Source: an uncultured Trueperaceae bacterium (GTDB lineage Bacteria; Deinococcota; Deinococci; Deinococcales; Trueperaceae). Taken from it: a stretch of 64,000 nt of DNA. Positions 7,698 to 16,426 of the stretch are shown one piece after another (within the stretch, counting starts at the first letter, position 1; each line of letters begins with the position of its first letter). The stretch spans positions 173,184-237,183 of the forward strand of contig CAVSGP010000002.1 of the NCBI GenBank assembly GCA_963727505.1, written 5' to 3'. The notes under the pieces were generated by a model. The model did not search any database. It was not told the DNA's origin and worked only from the letters and a program-made list of their open reading frames with translations. A program made the translations under genes and the position numbers.

Positions 7698-10637
7698 TCA
7701 GAAGTTGACGGTGTAGGTGATCTGGAACGCCTGGGCCGACGAATCGGTCGGCGTCGTGGCCGTGTTGTGGTTCTGGTACACGCCGTACGAGAACTCGAGG
7801 TCGTAGTAGTTCCAGATGACCTCGTAGCCGCTCGTGTTCTGCTGCGTGTCAGTACCGGTGAACACATCGCCGTTGGAGATGTCAGAGGCGTTGTCGCCCG
7901 AGGAACCCGTGAAGGTGTTGGGGTTCGTCTCGATGTTCTGACCGCTCCAGGAACCGTACTTGGCCGTCAGCGCGCTGTGGTCGAAGAGGAACTGGTTCAG
8001 GACCAGTCCGACGCTCCACTGCAGCTCATTGGCCGTGTAGGTCTGGGCGTTCGTGTGGCTGCTGGTGCGGTAGTTGACCGCGCCCATCAGACTCGGCTTC
8101 AGCGGGACGTTGAGGGGCGTCGTGCTGAGGCCGGTACCCACCTGGATCGTGGACGTGTCATCCGCGACGTACGTGTGGGTGATCGTCTCGTACTCGGCGT
8201 ACGGAGTCAGCGTGACGATGGAGACGTTGAGCGTGTAGTCGCCCTTGGCGTCGATCGTCGTGGTGTTGTAGCTCGCACCGGTCTGCTTGTAGGTGGCCTC
8301 GAGGTTGAGGCCCTTGATCAGTGCGTTGTCCGCCGAGCCGTCGTGCTTCAGCGTGACGCCGAAGCCGGTGTCGTAGTTGTTGTCCAGCGAGACGTCGCCC
8401 ATGGCCGGCAGGAGCGCAACGCCGTTGGCCTGGAGGTTGCTCTCCAGGTCCCCGACCTGCGTGCCGTCGATGGTGACGTTGTGGAAGAAGCCGCTCAGGC
8501 TGAAGCCGGCGAACAGCTGGGCCGTCGCGTCGGCGCCGTAGGCCTGGACGCTATGGGTCGGGGTAGCCGTGACGTTGAAGTCGTAGCTGTCGTAGTAACC
8601 CGACACGTCGAGGATGAACAGCCCGAGCGACGCGTTGACGCCGTAGCCGGTCTGGCCAACGGGGTTGCCTTCGCCGTCGGTCAGCGCGAACGGGTAGTTG
8701 CCGTCGTTGTTGTTGTTCGGCGCCATGTTGAACCCGTTGACTTCCCAGTTCTGCGGGATGTCGCGGTAGTTCACATCGAGGCTGTTGAGAATCGGGATGT
8801 TCTTGCCGTCGATGTTGAGCTTGGCGTAGAGCAGCGTGTTGCTGACGTCGTTAGCCGGCGTCACCTGGTCGGTCTTGCTGCCCTGGGCCCACTCGAAGCC
8901 GAGGTTGAACATGCTGACGCTGGCGTTGGCGTCGACACCGTAGACCGTGTCCGTGATGTTGTTGTTGTCGACGTTGTCCTTGACGCCCGCGTTGGCCGCG
9001 GTCTGGGCGAAGCTGCCGCCGATCGTGATGCCCGTGAAGGGGTTCACGGTCAGATGAGCACCGCGCATGTAGGTGTTGCCGCCCGTGGTCGCGCCGGTGA
9101 CGCTGTCGGCCATCGGAGCGGTGTAAGCCACCGTCAGGCTCGGGTTGATGAACTTCAGGAAGCCGGGCGAGGTGAGTGTCGCCACGAAGCCGGGTTCGTC
9201 CGTCGACACGATGTAGTCCGTGAACGTGGTGTCCACATTGGTGCCGAAGGAGAACGTCAGCGGGGCCGCGCCGATGCCATTGAACGTGGTCGTGAAGCCG
9301 TCGACGTGGAACACGTAGCCGGCGGTGGCGCTGCCGTCACCCGAGTACGGGTCGCCGTTGGCGTCGACCAGGGTGAGGCCCGTCGCCTTGACCATGCTCA
9401 GCGTAAGGACCGCGTCGAAGCTGTTGAGGGCGTTCGGGCTGCCAGTGCCGTTGAGCGAGGTGCCGAGGCTGATGTTCAGGTTGAGCGTCGCGGCGACGTC
9501 GCCAGACGTCTGGGTGATGTCCTGGCGGTCCTGCGCGAGCTCGCCCGTGTCGGTCTGGTAGCCGCTGTCGCCTTCTTCGTCGGAGCCGAGTTCCTTGGCG
9601 CCGGAGCTGAAGATCGAATCACCCATGCTGCGCGTCTGACCGACGCCGTAGGCGCGGTCCACGTCGAACGGGTGGCCCAGCGTGCGGCCGACGAAGTAGC
9701 TGAGCTCGATCGAGCCGCTGATGCCGAGCGGGTTGTTTTCGAGGGCAGTGACGCGATTCTGCAGGCCGGCGATGTCCTTGGTCTGCTGCTGGTCACTGGT
9801 CTCGAGGGCCGACACGCGATCGCGGAGAGCGACCTGGTCCCGGCGCAGCAGGATGACGAACTCGCGGATGTTCGCGATATCGCTCGAGTTGCGCTGGATG
9901 TCGCCCTGGACGCCGGAGAGGTCCACCGAGCCGCCGGCCGAGGTGGCCGGTTGCGAAGGCATGTTGTTCACCTTGTCGCTCAGCATCTGGATGACCTTGT
10001 TGGCGGCCGCGATGTCGGACGCGTTCTGCTGTGCCTGCGACATGGCCTGGCTGGCCAGGTCGTGGGCGTCGTTGGCGCGCTTGGCCGCGGCGTCAGCCTG
10101 GGCCTGCGCGGTGTCGATGGCAACGCGCTGCGAAGCGATCTGGTTCTGCAGGTCGCGAAGGACCGCGGAATCCGTGCCGCTGGGCAGGTTGTTGAGCTTC
10201 TGCTCGACCTGGTCGAGGCGAGAGGAGTTGGAGGCGATCGACGACTTGTTCGCCGTCACATCGTCGGAGAGGCTAGCGATGGCGCTCTCCGCCGAGGATA
10301 GACGCACCCCTTGCGAGGCCACATCCGAGGCGAGACCCTGCACGGCGTTACGCAGCGATTCGATATCGGACTTCGTCATGGCCAGCGAGCTGTTGACGTT
10401 CTGGTTGACAACGTCGAGCAGCCGGCTGATCACGAGCGCAGCCTGGTAACGCGTGAAGGCTTCGTTGCCGCGGAAGGTACCGTCGGGGAAGCCGATGACG
10501 ATGCCCAGGTTGGCGATGCGGGAGACGGCGTCGGCAGCCCAGTGGTTCGCCGGAATGTCCGGGAACGACGTGCTGTTCTGCGCGAGAGCGCCACTCACCA
10601 GCGTCGCCGCCAGGAGCGTGAGTACGAGTTTTTTCAT
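7698..10637 (-). CDS. slpA: S-layer / outer-envelope protein of the SlpA type: signal peptide, SLH domain, long coiled coil, C-terminal beta-barrel
   Basis: ATG 10637 gives MKKLVLTLLAATLVSGALAQ, then SLH (FPDIPANHWAADAVSRIANLGIVIGFPDGTFRGNEAFTRYQAALVISRLLD). About 230 aa rich in Ala/Ser/Gln heptads follow, then an alternating beta-strand region ending ...QITYTVNF with terminal Phe. 979 aa. Confidence 0.9.
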   Translation of the reverse strand: MKKLVLTLLAATLVSGALAQNSTSFPDIPANHWAADAVSRIANLGIVIGFPDGTFRGNEAFTRYQAALVISRLLDVVNQNVNSSLAMTKSDIESLRNAVQGLASDVASQGVRLSSAESAIASLSDDVTANKSSIASNSSRLDQVEQKLNNLPSGTDSAVLRDLQNQIASQRVAIDTAQAQADAAAKRANDAHDLASQAMSQAQQNASDIAAANKVIQMLSDKVNNMPSQPATSAGGSVDLSGVQGDIQRNSSDIANIREFVILLRRDQVALRDRVSALETSDQQQTKDIAGLQNRVTALENNPLGISGSIELSYFVGRTLGHPFDVDRAYGVGQTRSMGDSIFSSGAKELGSDEEGDSGYQTDTGELAQDRQDITQTSGDVAATLNLNISLGTSLNGTGSPNALNSFDAVLTLSMVKATGLTLVDANGDPYSGDGSATAGYVFHVDGFTTTFNGIGAAPLTFSFGTNVDTTFTDYIVSTDEPGFVATLTSPGFLKFINPSLTVAYTAPMADSVTGATTGGNTYMRGAHLTVNPFTGITIGGSFAQTAANAGVKDNVDNNNITDTVYGVDANASVSMFNLGFEWAQGSKTDQVTPANDVSNTLLYAKLNIDGKNIPILNSLDVNYRDIPQNWEVNGFNMAPNNNNDGNYPFALTDGEGNPVGQTGYGVNASLGLFILDVSGYYDSYDFNVTATPTHSVQAYGADATAQLFAGFSLSGFFHNVTIDGTQVGDLESNLQANGVALLPAMGDVSLDNNYDTGFGVTLKHDGSADNALIKGLNLEATYKQTGASYNTTTIDAKGDYTLNVSIVTLTPYAEYETITHTYVADDTSTIQVGTGLSTTPLNVPLKPSLMGAVNYRTSSHTNAQTYTANELQWSVGLVLNQFLFDHSALTAKYGSWSGQNIETNPNTFTGSSGDNASDISNGDVFTGTDTQQNTSGYEVIWNYYDLEFSYGVYQNHNTATTPTDSSAQAFQITYTVNF

Positions 10638-10851
10638 GCTTGGGTACCCCTTGAACTCTGAGAGTCGAATTCGTTTCGCGACGGTGTCACAAGACCTTAG
10701 TGATGCAGGGTTGCGGGAGTGTCCTTGTTTCCTCGCCGCTTCTGCACATGCGGTGCCTGGGATTCCGTCGAGACTCGCCTGACGCAGGGACCGGTTCAAG
10801 GTAGTGCACCTCCTTCCGGGTGCGGCCCCAGGCCACGGACAAATCCGGCCT

Positions 10852-10880
10852 AGTATCCCACAACGATGAGGGGGTGTCAA
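10852..10880 (-). promoter_or_regulatory. Candidate sigma-70 promoter of slpA
   Basis: On the minus strand: TTGACA (10880-10875), a 17-nt spacer, then GATACT (10857-10852). This implies a 5' UTR of about 205 nt. Confidence 0.5.
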
Positions 10881-11029
10881 GCTGGATGAATCAATTATGA
10901 GAGGGAGAATCCACGCTCGGTATCGCAGAAATCGACTTTGTGAAGTCGCGCACTCATGTTCTACTCATGAGAGCGAAAGCGCCCCGTCCCGGACGGCGCC
11001 CGTGAAGATGAGGAACGCGAGAAGGTAGG

Positions 11030-11992
11030 ATGCCCGGCATGGCGCGCATCACCGTCCCCGAAGCCGAGGCCCTGCTGGACAAGGCGTTCCCCGTCCTCGA
11101 CCACGGCTTCGTGCGGCTGGTCGACTACCTCGGAGGCGACACCCGCATCGTGCAGGCCGCCCGCGTGTCCTACGGCGAGGGCACCAAGACGGTGCGCGAG
11201 GACCGCGCCCTGATCGACTACCTGCTGCGCAACCGTCACACCAGTCCCTTCGAGCAGGTGATCCTGACCTTCCACGTCAAGATGCCGATCTTCGTGGCGC
11301 GCCAGTGGATCCGGCACCGAACCGCCCGTCTCAACGAGATCAGCGGTCGCTACTCCGTGATGCGCGACGAGTTCTACGTCCCGCGACCGTTCGAGGTCCG
11401 CTTCCAGAGCCAGCGCAACCGCCAGGGGGGCAGCCAGGACGAGGTTCCCGACGAGCTGCGCGAGCGCGTGATCGAAGCGCTCCGTCACGACCAGGCGACG
11501 ACCTACGGTCGGTACGAGGACCTCCTGGAAGACGGCATCGCACGCGAGCTGGCACGCATCAACCTGCCGCTGAGCCTCTACACCGAGATGTACTGGCAGA
11601 TCGATCTCAACAACCTCTTCCACTTCCTGCGTCTGCGCATGGACTGGCACGCCCAGTACGAGATCCGCGCCTACGGCGACGTCATGTCGACCATGGTGCG
11701 CGCCGTTTGCCCGCTAGCCTTCGAAGCCTTCGAGGAGCATGCGCTGGGGGCCCGGACCTTCTCGGCCAGCGAGCTGCAGGTGCTGCGCCAGGCGATCGAC
11801 GAGGCCGCGCTGGCCGAGGCGCTCGAGGCCAGCACGCTGCGCAAGACGCGACGGCGCGAGTTCCTCGACAAGCTGGCCGCGCCAACCGCTGCGCCCACCG
11901 CGCCCCCCGATGCGGCGGGCGCCGACGCCGCCGACGCCGGAGCAGCGTCGGTGTCGGAACCCGGCGCAACGGACGATCCCAGCGACGGCTGA
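11030..11992 (+). CDS. thyX: Flavin-dependent thymidylate synthase ThyX with an Ala/Pro/Asp-rich C-terminal extension
   Basis: ThyX signature RHRTARLNEISGRYS. RBS GAAGGTAGG lies before ATG 11030. The last ~70 aa are low complexity. Confidence 0.9.
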   Translation: MPGMARITVPEAEALLDKAFPVLDHGFVRLVDYLGGDTRIVQAARVSYGEGTKTVREDRALIDYLLRNRHTSPFEQVILTFHVKMPIFVARQWIRHRTARLNEISGRYSVMRDEFYVPRPFEVRFQSQRNRQGGSQDEVPDELRERVIEALRHDQATTYGRYEDLLEDGIARELARINLPLSLYTEMYWQIDLNNLFHFLRLRMDWHAQYEIRAYGDVMSTMVRAVCPLAFEAFEEHALGARTFSASELQVLRQAIDEAALAEALEASTLRKTRRREFLDKLAAPTAAPTAPPDAAGADAADAGAASVSEPGATDDPSDG

Positions 11993-12004
11993 GAGCGTCG
12001 CGTC

Positions 12005-12463
12005 GTGCGTTTCCGCCTGATCGCCGTCGGCCGCCTCAAGCGGGACTTCTTCCGTGCCGGCTGCCAGCACTACGTCGAGCGGCTGCAGCCGCTCTCCCGG
12101 CTCGAGGTGGTCGAGCTCAAGGAGGGCCGCTCGGGGGACGCCGCCGCCGTCCGTGAGGCCGAGAGCACCGCTCTGCTCGCAGCCTCCCAGGGACGTACCG
12201 TCGCCCTCGACGAACGCGGGAGGGCCTTCGACACCCGCACGCTGGCCGCCCACCTCGACGCTCTGGAGGTGCGCGGCATCAGCCAGATCAGCTTGCTGGT
12301 GGGCGGCGCCGAGGGACACGCACCTTGGCTCCGCGAACGTACCGAGGAGGCGTGGAGCCTCTCCCCGCTCACGCTCCCGCACGACCTCGCGCGTCTGGTC
12401 CTGTTGGAGCAGCTCTACCGCGTCGAGACGCTGCGTGCCGGGCACCCCTACCACCGGGGCTGA
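12005..12463 (+). CDS. rlmH: 23S rRNA (pseudouridine1915-N3)-methyltransferase RlmH (SPOUT)
   Basis: MRFRLIAVGRLK ..., LLVGGAEGH ... and SLSPLTLPHDLARLVLLEQLYR match the RlmH pattern. 152 aa. Confidence 0.9.
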   Translation: MRFRLIAVGRLKRDFFRAGCQHYVERLQPLSRLEVVELKEGRSGDAAAVREAESTALLAASQGRTVALDERGRAFDTRTLAAHLDALEVRGISQISLLVGGAEGHAPWLRERTEEAWSLSPLTLPHDLARLVLLEQLYRVETLRAGHPYHRG

Positions 12464-12512
12464 TCACACCCGTGCTTGATTACACCCGTGGCTGACAACA
12501 CCCGGGCTGAGG
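12449..12512. repeat. 16-bp tandem repeat x4 that begins inside the rlmH 3' end and includes its stop codon
   Basis: The copies are taccaccggggctgat, cacacccgtgcttgat, tacacccgtggctgac and aacacccgggctgagg. Confidence 0.8.
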
Positions 12513-12544
12513 ACGGACCCGGTCTCAGCCCCGTTTCCCGTGGC

Positions 12545-13228
12545 TCAGTCCCCGGCTCGGTCCGAGCCCCCGTTCGGCGTGCCCGCGCCACCGCCGGCGG
12601 TCCCCTCCACCATCGCGAAGAGAGTGAACAGGTCGGTGGCCAGCGCCTCGAGCGCCTCGAAGGGAGCCGCCTCGGAGCCCTCGCACAAGACCAGCATGTG
12701 CCGGCTCCCCACCACCAGCATGGGGCTCACGCCCCGCCCCACGAGCATGCGCTGCATCACGCGCTGGACCGGCCGCGTGAGCCAGGCGCGTGCGGCATCC
12801 TCGTCGCGCGCGAAGACGCTCACCTCGGCGTCGAAGTCGGACAGCTCGGACAGGGTCAGTCGACGACTCCCGGTCCGACCGGCCTCGATCGATTCGAGCA
12901 CGGGGTTGCGCCTCGTCTGCGCCCGCAGGGGCGCGGCCGCGAGCGGCGCGGGCGCGCGCAGCAGCACGCCCGTGGCGAGCGTTCTCACGCTGCCGGTCGG
13001 GCCCGAGCGGGCGCGTTCCTGGTCGAAGAGGAAGAGGGTGGGCTGTCCGGAACGACGCAACCCGTAGAGGGGCTCCAACGCGCGCTCCCCCAGGTCGAGC
13101 CACTCCCGCAAGCGGGTCTCCTGTTGCTGCGCGTCCGCCAGCTCGAGCCGCCGCGCGAAATCGCGCCACTGCTCGCGCCGCGAAGGGTTCCTCTGGCGGC
13201 CGCGGAAGAGCATGGCGTATTCAACCAC
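12545..13228 (-). CDS. Hypothetical protein
   Basis: 227-aa ORF with coding-like composition and no motif I recognise. Starts at GTG 13228 or ATG 13213. Confidence 0.5.
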   Translation of the reverse strand: MVEYAMLFRGRQRNPSRREQWRDFARRLELADAQQQETRLREWLDLGERALEPLYGLRRSGQPTLFLFDQERARSGPTGSVRTLATGVLLRAPAPLAAAPLRAQTRRNPVLESIEAGRTGSRRLTLSELSDFDAEVSVFARDEDAARAWLTRPVQRVMQRMLVGRGVSPMLVVGSRHMLVLCEGSEAAPFEALEALATDLFTLFAMVEGTAGGGAGTPNGGSDRAGD

Positions 13229-13262
13229 AGGCCCGCACGAAGGCGCCCCGCGGGGACGGAAG

Positions 13263-13595
13263 TCAGATGTTGAATCCGAACATGCGCATCTGCTTCTTGC
13301 CGTCGTCGGTCATCTTCTGCGGCGTCCAGGGCGGTGACCACACGAAATCGACCGACACCCGGCTGACGCCGTCGACCTTCATGACGGCGAGCTCGGCATC
13401 GGATTGGATGAGGTCCTGCACGGGGCATCCCATGCTGGTCAGGGTCATGTCGATGTTCACGTGGCCCTCGTCGTCCACATCCAGCTTGTAGACCAGACCC
13501 AGATCCACCACGTTCACGGGGATCTCCGGGTCGCGCACCACCTTCAGCGCTTCGAGGATCTCCCCCTTCAACTGCTCCTTATCGAGGCCACTCAT
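13263..13595 (-). CDS. DUF59/SufT-like Fe-S cluster assembly protein
   Basis: VRDPEIPVNVVDLGLVY ... MTLTSMGCPV ... WSPPW is the typical MIP18/DUF59 pattern. 110 aa. Confidence 0.8.
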   Translation of the reverse strand: MSGLDKEQLKGEILEALKVVRDPEIPVNVVDLGLVYKLDVDDEGHVNIDMTLTSMGCPVQDLIQSDAELAVMKVDGVSRVSVDFVWSPPWTPQKMTDDGKKQMRMFGFNI

Positions 13596-13637
13596 GATTC
13601 ACAAGCTAACAGACGCCGCCGACAGGGCGCGTAGCGC

Positions 13638-14240
13638 TCACGCCCCCTCGTCCTCCGAGCCCGCGGGCCGCACCATCCGGGTAAGCGCGTCCTCGGTCTG
13701 GGCCACATCGGCCGCCAGCTCGTCGCGCACCCGCACCACCCGCTCGTGGAGCGCGTCGATCCGCTCCTTATCGCGCGTCTCCATGGCCGCCAGGGCGTCC
13801 TGAAGGGTGCCTTCCAGGACCTGGAGACGCTCGGCGACATGGCCCTCCAGCGTCTCCGAGGCCGTGCCGATTCGTGAATCCAGGCTCTCCTTCGCCGCGC
13901 CCACCTGCGTCTTGAGCTCGGTGATCGCCGCCTCCAGCCGCCCCTCCAGCCGGTCGGCGGCCTCGCGCTCGCGCGACGCCAGCTTCGAGCGCGCGTCGGT
14001 GAGCTGGCGATCGAGCTGAGTCACCTGCCGCAACTGCGAGGCACGGTCGAGGAGGGCCGCCAGGAAGAACAGGACGGCCAGCGCCACCAGGGTCAGCAGG
14101 AGCACCAACCCGAGCGGCCCCTGCACCGTCACCACCAACAGCCGGATGGGTACGGGCTGCGTCAGCGCGTCGAAGTTGAACGCCGCCAGCAACGCCGCCA
14201 GCAGCACGACGACGGTCAGGAGGATGCCGCGGAATCGCAT
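13638..14240 (-). CDS. LapA-like (DUF1049-type) membrane protein with coiled-coil tail
   Basis: Two N-terminal TM helices (ILLTVVVLLAALLAAF and LGLVLLLTLVALAVLFFLAALL) are followed by a heptad-rich tail. Confidence 0.55.
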   Translation of the reverse strand: MRFRGILLTVVVLLAALLAAFNFDALTQPVPIRLLVVTVQGPLGLVLLLTLVALAVLFFLAALLDRASQLRQVTQLDRQLTDARSKLASREREAADRLEGRLEAAITELKTQVGAAKESLDSRIGTASETLEGHVAERLQVLEGTLQDALAAMETRDKERIDALHERVVRVRDELAADVAQTEDALTRMVRPAGSEDEGA

Positions 14241-14249
14241 CGTGCTTCG

Positions 14250-14258
14250 ACTCTACCA
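14250..14258 (-). promoter_or_regulatory. Candidate extended -10 placed for a leaderless transcript
   Basis: The minus strand reads TGgTAGAGT, 9 nt upstream of ATG 14240, with no Shine-Dalgarno. Confidence 0.4.
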
Positions 14259-14333
14259 GGCGCGGCGCGACCCGCCACGCTCGGCTGGCACCGCGCGCGC
14301 GCCGCCTTCGGGCGGCGGCGGCCGGCCGCGCCC

Positions 14334-15443
14334 TCACCACTCCGCGAAACGATCGCGGTGGACGACCAGCGCCAGGCCCAGGGCCATCAGGGTCGAGATC
14401 AGGCTGGTGCCGCCGTACGACACCAGGGGCAGGGTGATGCCCGTGACCGGCGCCAGGCCCAGCGTGACGCCGATGTTGACCAGCACCTGAAAGCTGATGA
14501 GCACCATCACCCCCATGATCACCAGCTTGTCCCGGTCCTTGGGACAGTCGTTGGCCATGGCGACCAGCCGCCAGAAGAGCACCCCGTACAGAAGCAACAG
14601 GGTCACCGACGCCACGAAGCCGCCCTCTTCGGCGAGCACCGGGAAGATGAAGTCGGTCTGGCGGAAGGGGATGAAGCCGAGCTGCGACTGGGTGCCCTTC
14701 TTGTAGCCCTTCCCGAACAGCCCGCCCGAGCCCACCGCGATGGTGGACTGGATGACCTGGTAGCCGCTCCCCTGCGGGTCGGCCGAGGGGTTCACGAACG
14801 AGACCAGCCGCGCACGCTGGTACGCGCCGAGATGGGGCAGAACCACGGTGGGGACCGCCACCCCGAGGAGCACCACGGCGACCGCCAGGTGCCGCCAGGG
14901 GATGCCGCGCACCAGCATCATGCCGGCCCCGATGGCGGCGATGACCAGGGCGGTTCCGAGGTCGGGCTCGAGCACCACCAGCGCCAGCGGCGGCAACAGC
15001 AGCAGGATGGGGCGGGCGTAGTTGAGCGGGCCCCGCAACGGCCGCTCGTGCATCGCCGACGCCATCACCAGGATCAGCGTGAGCTTGGCGAACTCCGAAG
15101 GCTGGAAGCCCGGAAGCGGACCGAGGTAGAGCCACGACTTCGCACCGTTGACGGTGGTCCCGATGGCGGACACCGCGAGCAGCAGCACCAGGCTGAGGAC
15201 GTACAGGTAGGGGACCAGCCCGGTGATCCGGCGCCAGCCCAACCACAACAGCCCCCCCGCCATGGCCAGGCCTGCCACCAGGAAGACGCCCTGGCGGAGC
15301 AACTCGTGCGGCGGCGCGGCGCTGCTCAAGGTGGCCAGACCGGCCGCCAGGAGCAGGATCACCACCGCGGGCAGACTGAGGTCGACGCGTGCCAACGCCT
15401 TCCCTCCCCTTCCTCGGCGAGAGCTGTCTCGCTCGCGCTCCAC
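14334..15443 (-). CDS. rodA: SEDS-family peptidoglycan polymerase, RodA-like
   Basis: GSGYQVIQSTIAVGSGGLFGKGYKKGTQSQLGFIPFRQTDFIFPVLAEEGGF is the FtsW/RodA/SpoVE signature and is closest to the RodA pattern. Confidence 0.85.
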   Translation of the reverse strand: MERERDSSRRGRGGKALARVDLSLPAVVILLLAAGLATLSSAAPPHELLRQGVFLVAGLAMAGGLLWLGWRRITGLVPYLYVLSLVLLLAVSAIGTTVNGAKSWLYLGPLPGFQPSEFAKLTLILVMASAMHERPLRGPLNYARPILLLLPPLALVVLEPDLGTALVIAAIGAGMMLVRGIPWRHLAVAVVLLGVAVPTVVLPHLGAYQRARLVSFVNPSADPQGSGYQVIQSTIAVGSGGLFGKGYKKGTQSQLGFIPFRQTDFIFPVLAEEGGFVASVTLLLLYGVLFWRLVAMANDCPKDRDKLVIMGVMVLISFQVLVNIGVTLGLAPVTGITLPLVSYGGTSLISTLMALGLALVVHRDRFAEW

Positions 15444-15625
15444 AGCCTACCAACCCGGCCTCCGTGAGCGCCGGGTGGCGGCGTCACGGTCGCCCCGCAG
15501 CGGGCGTCCTCGAGGACATGGTTCGCGCCTTCCCGCCCCCCAACGAGGCGCGGGGAGGGACCGCGCGGCGCGGGCGTCAGGTGCGCGACCTCCCGGCCCC
15601 GCCGGCGACCGCATCCTACGGCTGG

Positions 15626-16372
15626 ATGAGGTGGCGATCCCCCGATGCCCTGTTCGCGCGTCGACGCCCCAAAGCGAGGGCGGCGCGGCGCGGGCTCGAG
15701 CGCACGTTGCGTCCTGCGCGAGGGCGTGCACTGGGGCGTGCACTGGGGCGTGCGCTGCTGGCCGTCGCCCTGACGGCCGGCACCGCACTCGCGGCCCCCT
15801 CGGACGCCGCGGGGCAGCGCTCGAAGCTACCGCCCGCCCCCGCTCGATCCGGCCCGCCCCCGGCCCGGCTCCTCGACACCACCGTCATCGCCTTCGAAGC
15901 GAGCGATCCGCTCGGCGGCTTCACCGGCCACGCTCCCGTGGCCGCTGCGACGCTTCAGGTCGATCCGGCGCGCCCCTCGACGGCGCGCGGGTCGCTCACC
16001 GTCCGGGCCGGCAGCATCACCACCGGCAACGCCATCCGGGACCGCAACGCCGAGCGTGGCGTCTTCGAGGCCGACCGCTACCCGGTCCTTCGCTACGCCA
16101 TCGCCGACGTGCAGGCCAACCCGACCGACCTACCCGACGGCGGGACCGGTCGTGTGGTCGTGACCGGGAAACTCACGATGCACGGGATCACCCGCGAGGT
16201 CGTCGCGACGGGAACGGTGGAACGCAGTGGAGACCGGCTCGAGGCTCACCTCCATCTCGACGTCCGGCTGACCGACTTCGGCATGGACCGGCCCCGCTTC
16301 CTCTTCATCCAGGTCGACGACCTGGTGAAGGTCACCGTCGACCTGGCGTTGCGCTCGGCCCTGACGCCCTAA
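15626..16372 (+). CDS. YceI-like periplasmic/secreted protein
   Basis: YceI-type core (LTVRAGSITTGNAIRDRNAE ... VTGKLTMHGITREV ... VDDLVKVTVDL). The start is uncertain: in-frame ATG 15518, ATG 15626 or TTG 15707. The last gives a classical signal peptide. Confidence 0.75.
   Translation: MRWRSPDALFARRRPKARAARRGLERTLRPARGRALGRALGRALLAVALTAGTALAAPSDAAGQRSKLPPAPARSGPPPARLLDTTVIAFEASDPLGGFTGHAPVAAATLQVDPARPSTARGSLTVRAGSITTGNAIRDRNAERGVFEADRYPVLRYAIADVQANPTDLPDGGTGRVVVTGKLTMHGITREVVATGTVERSGDRLEAHLHLDVRLTDFGMDRPRFLFIQVDDLVKVTVDLALRSALTP
15722..15757. repeat. 12-bp tandem repeat x3 inside the YceI-like signal region
   Basis: gggcgtgcactg twice, then gggcgtgcgctg. Encodes GRAL x3 in frame. Confidence 0.9.
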
Positions 16373-16408
16373 CGCCCCGCCGCCCTGACGCCCCGCCGCC
16401 CTGACGCT
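16355..16408. repeat. 16-bp tandem repeat, about 2.5 copies, starting at the YceI-like gene 3' end and stop
   Basis: tcggccctgacgccct (contains the TAA stop junction), then ccgccgccctgacgcc and ccgccgccctgacgct. Confidence 0.8.
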
Positions 16409-16426
16409 CTCACGCCCAGCTCGGGT

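Noticed and set aside
7767-10301. An 844-aa plus-strand ORF covering most of the S-layer gene region
   Set aside because: It is antisense to the motif-rich slpA frame. Its translation is Arg/Val/Gly/Asp-rich with no motif, which is typical of open antisense frames in high-GC DNA.
13768-15467. Long ORFs 13768..15453 (-, 561 aa) and 14358..15467 (+, 369 aa)
   Set aside because: They overlap the clearly recognisable rodA and LapA-like frames. Their composition is Arg/Pro/Gly-rich and they carry no motifs.
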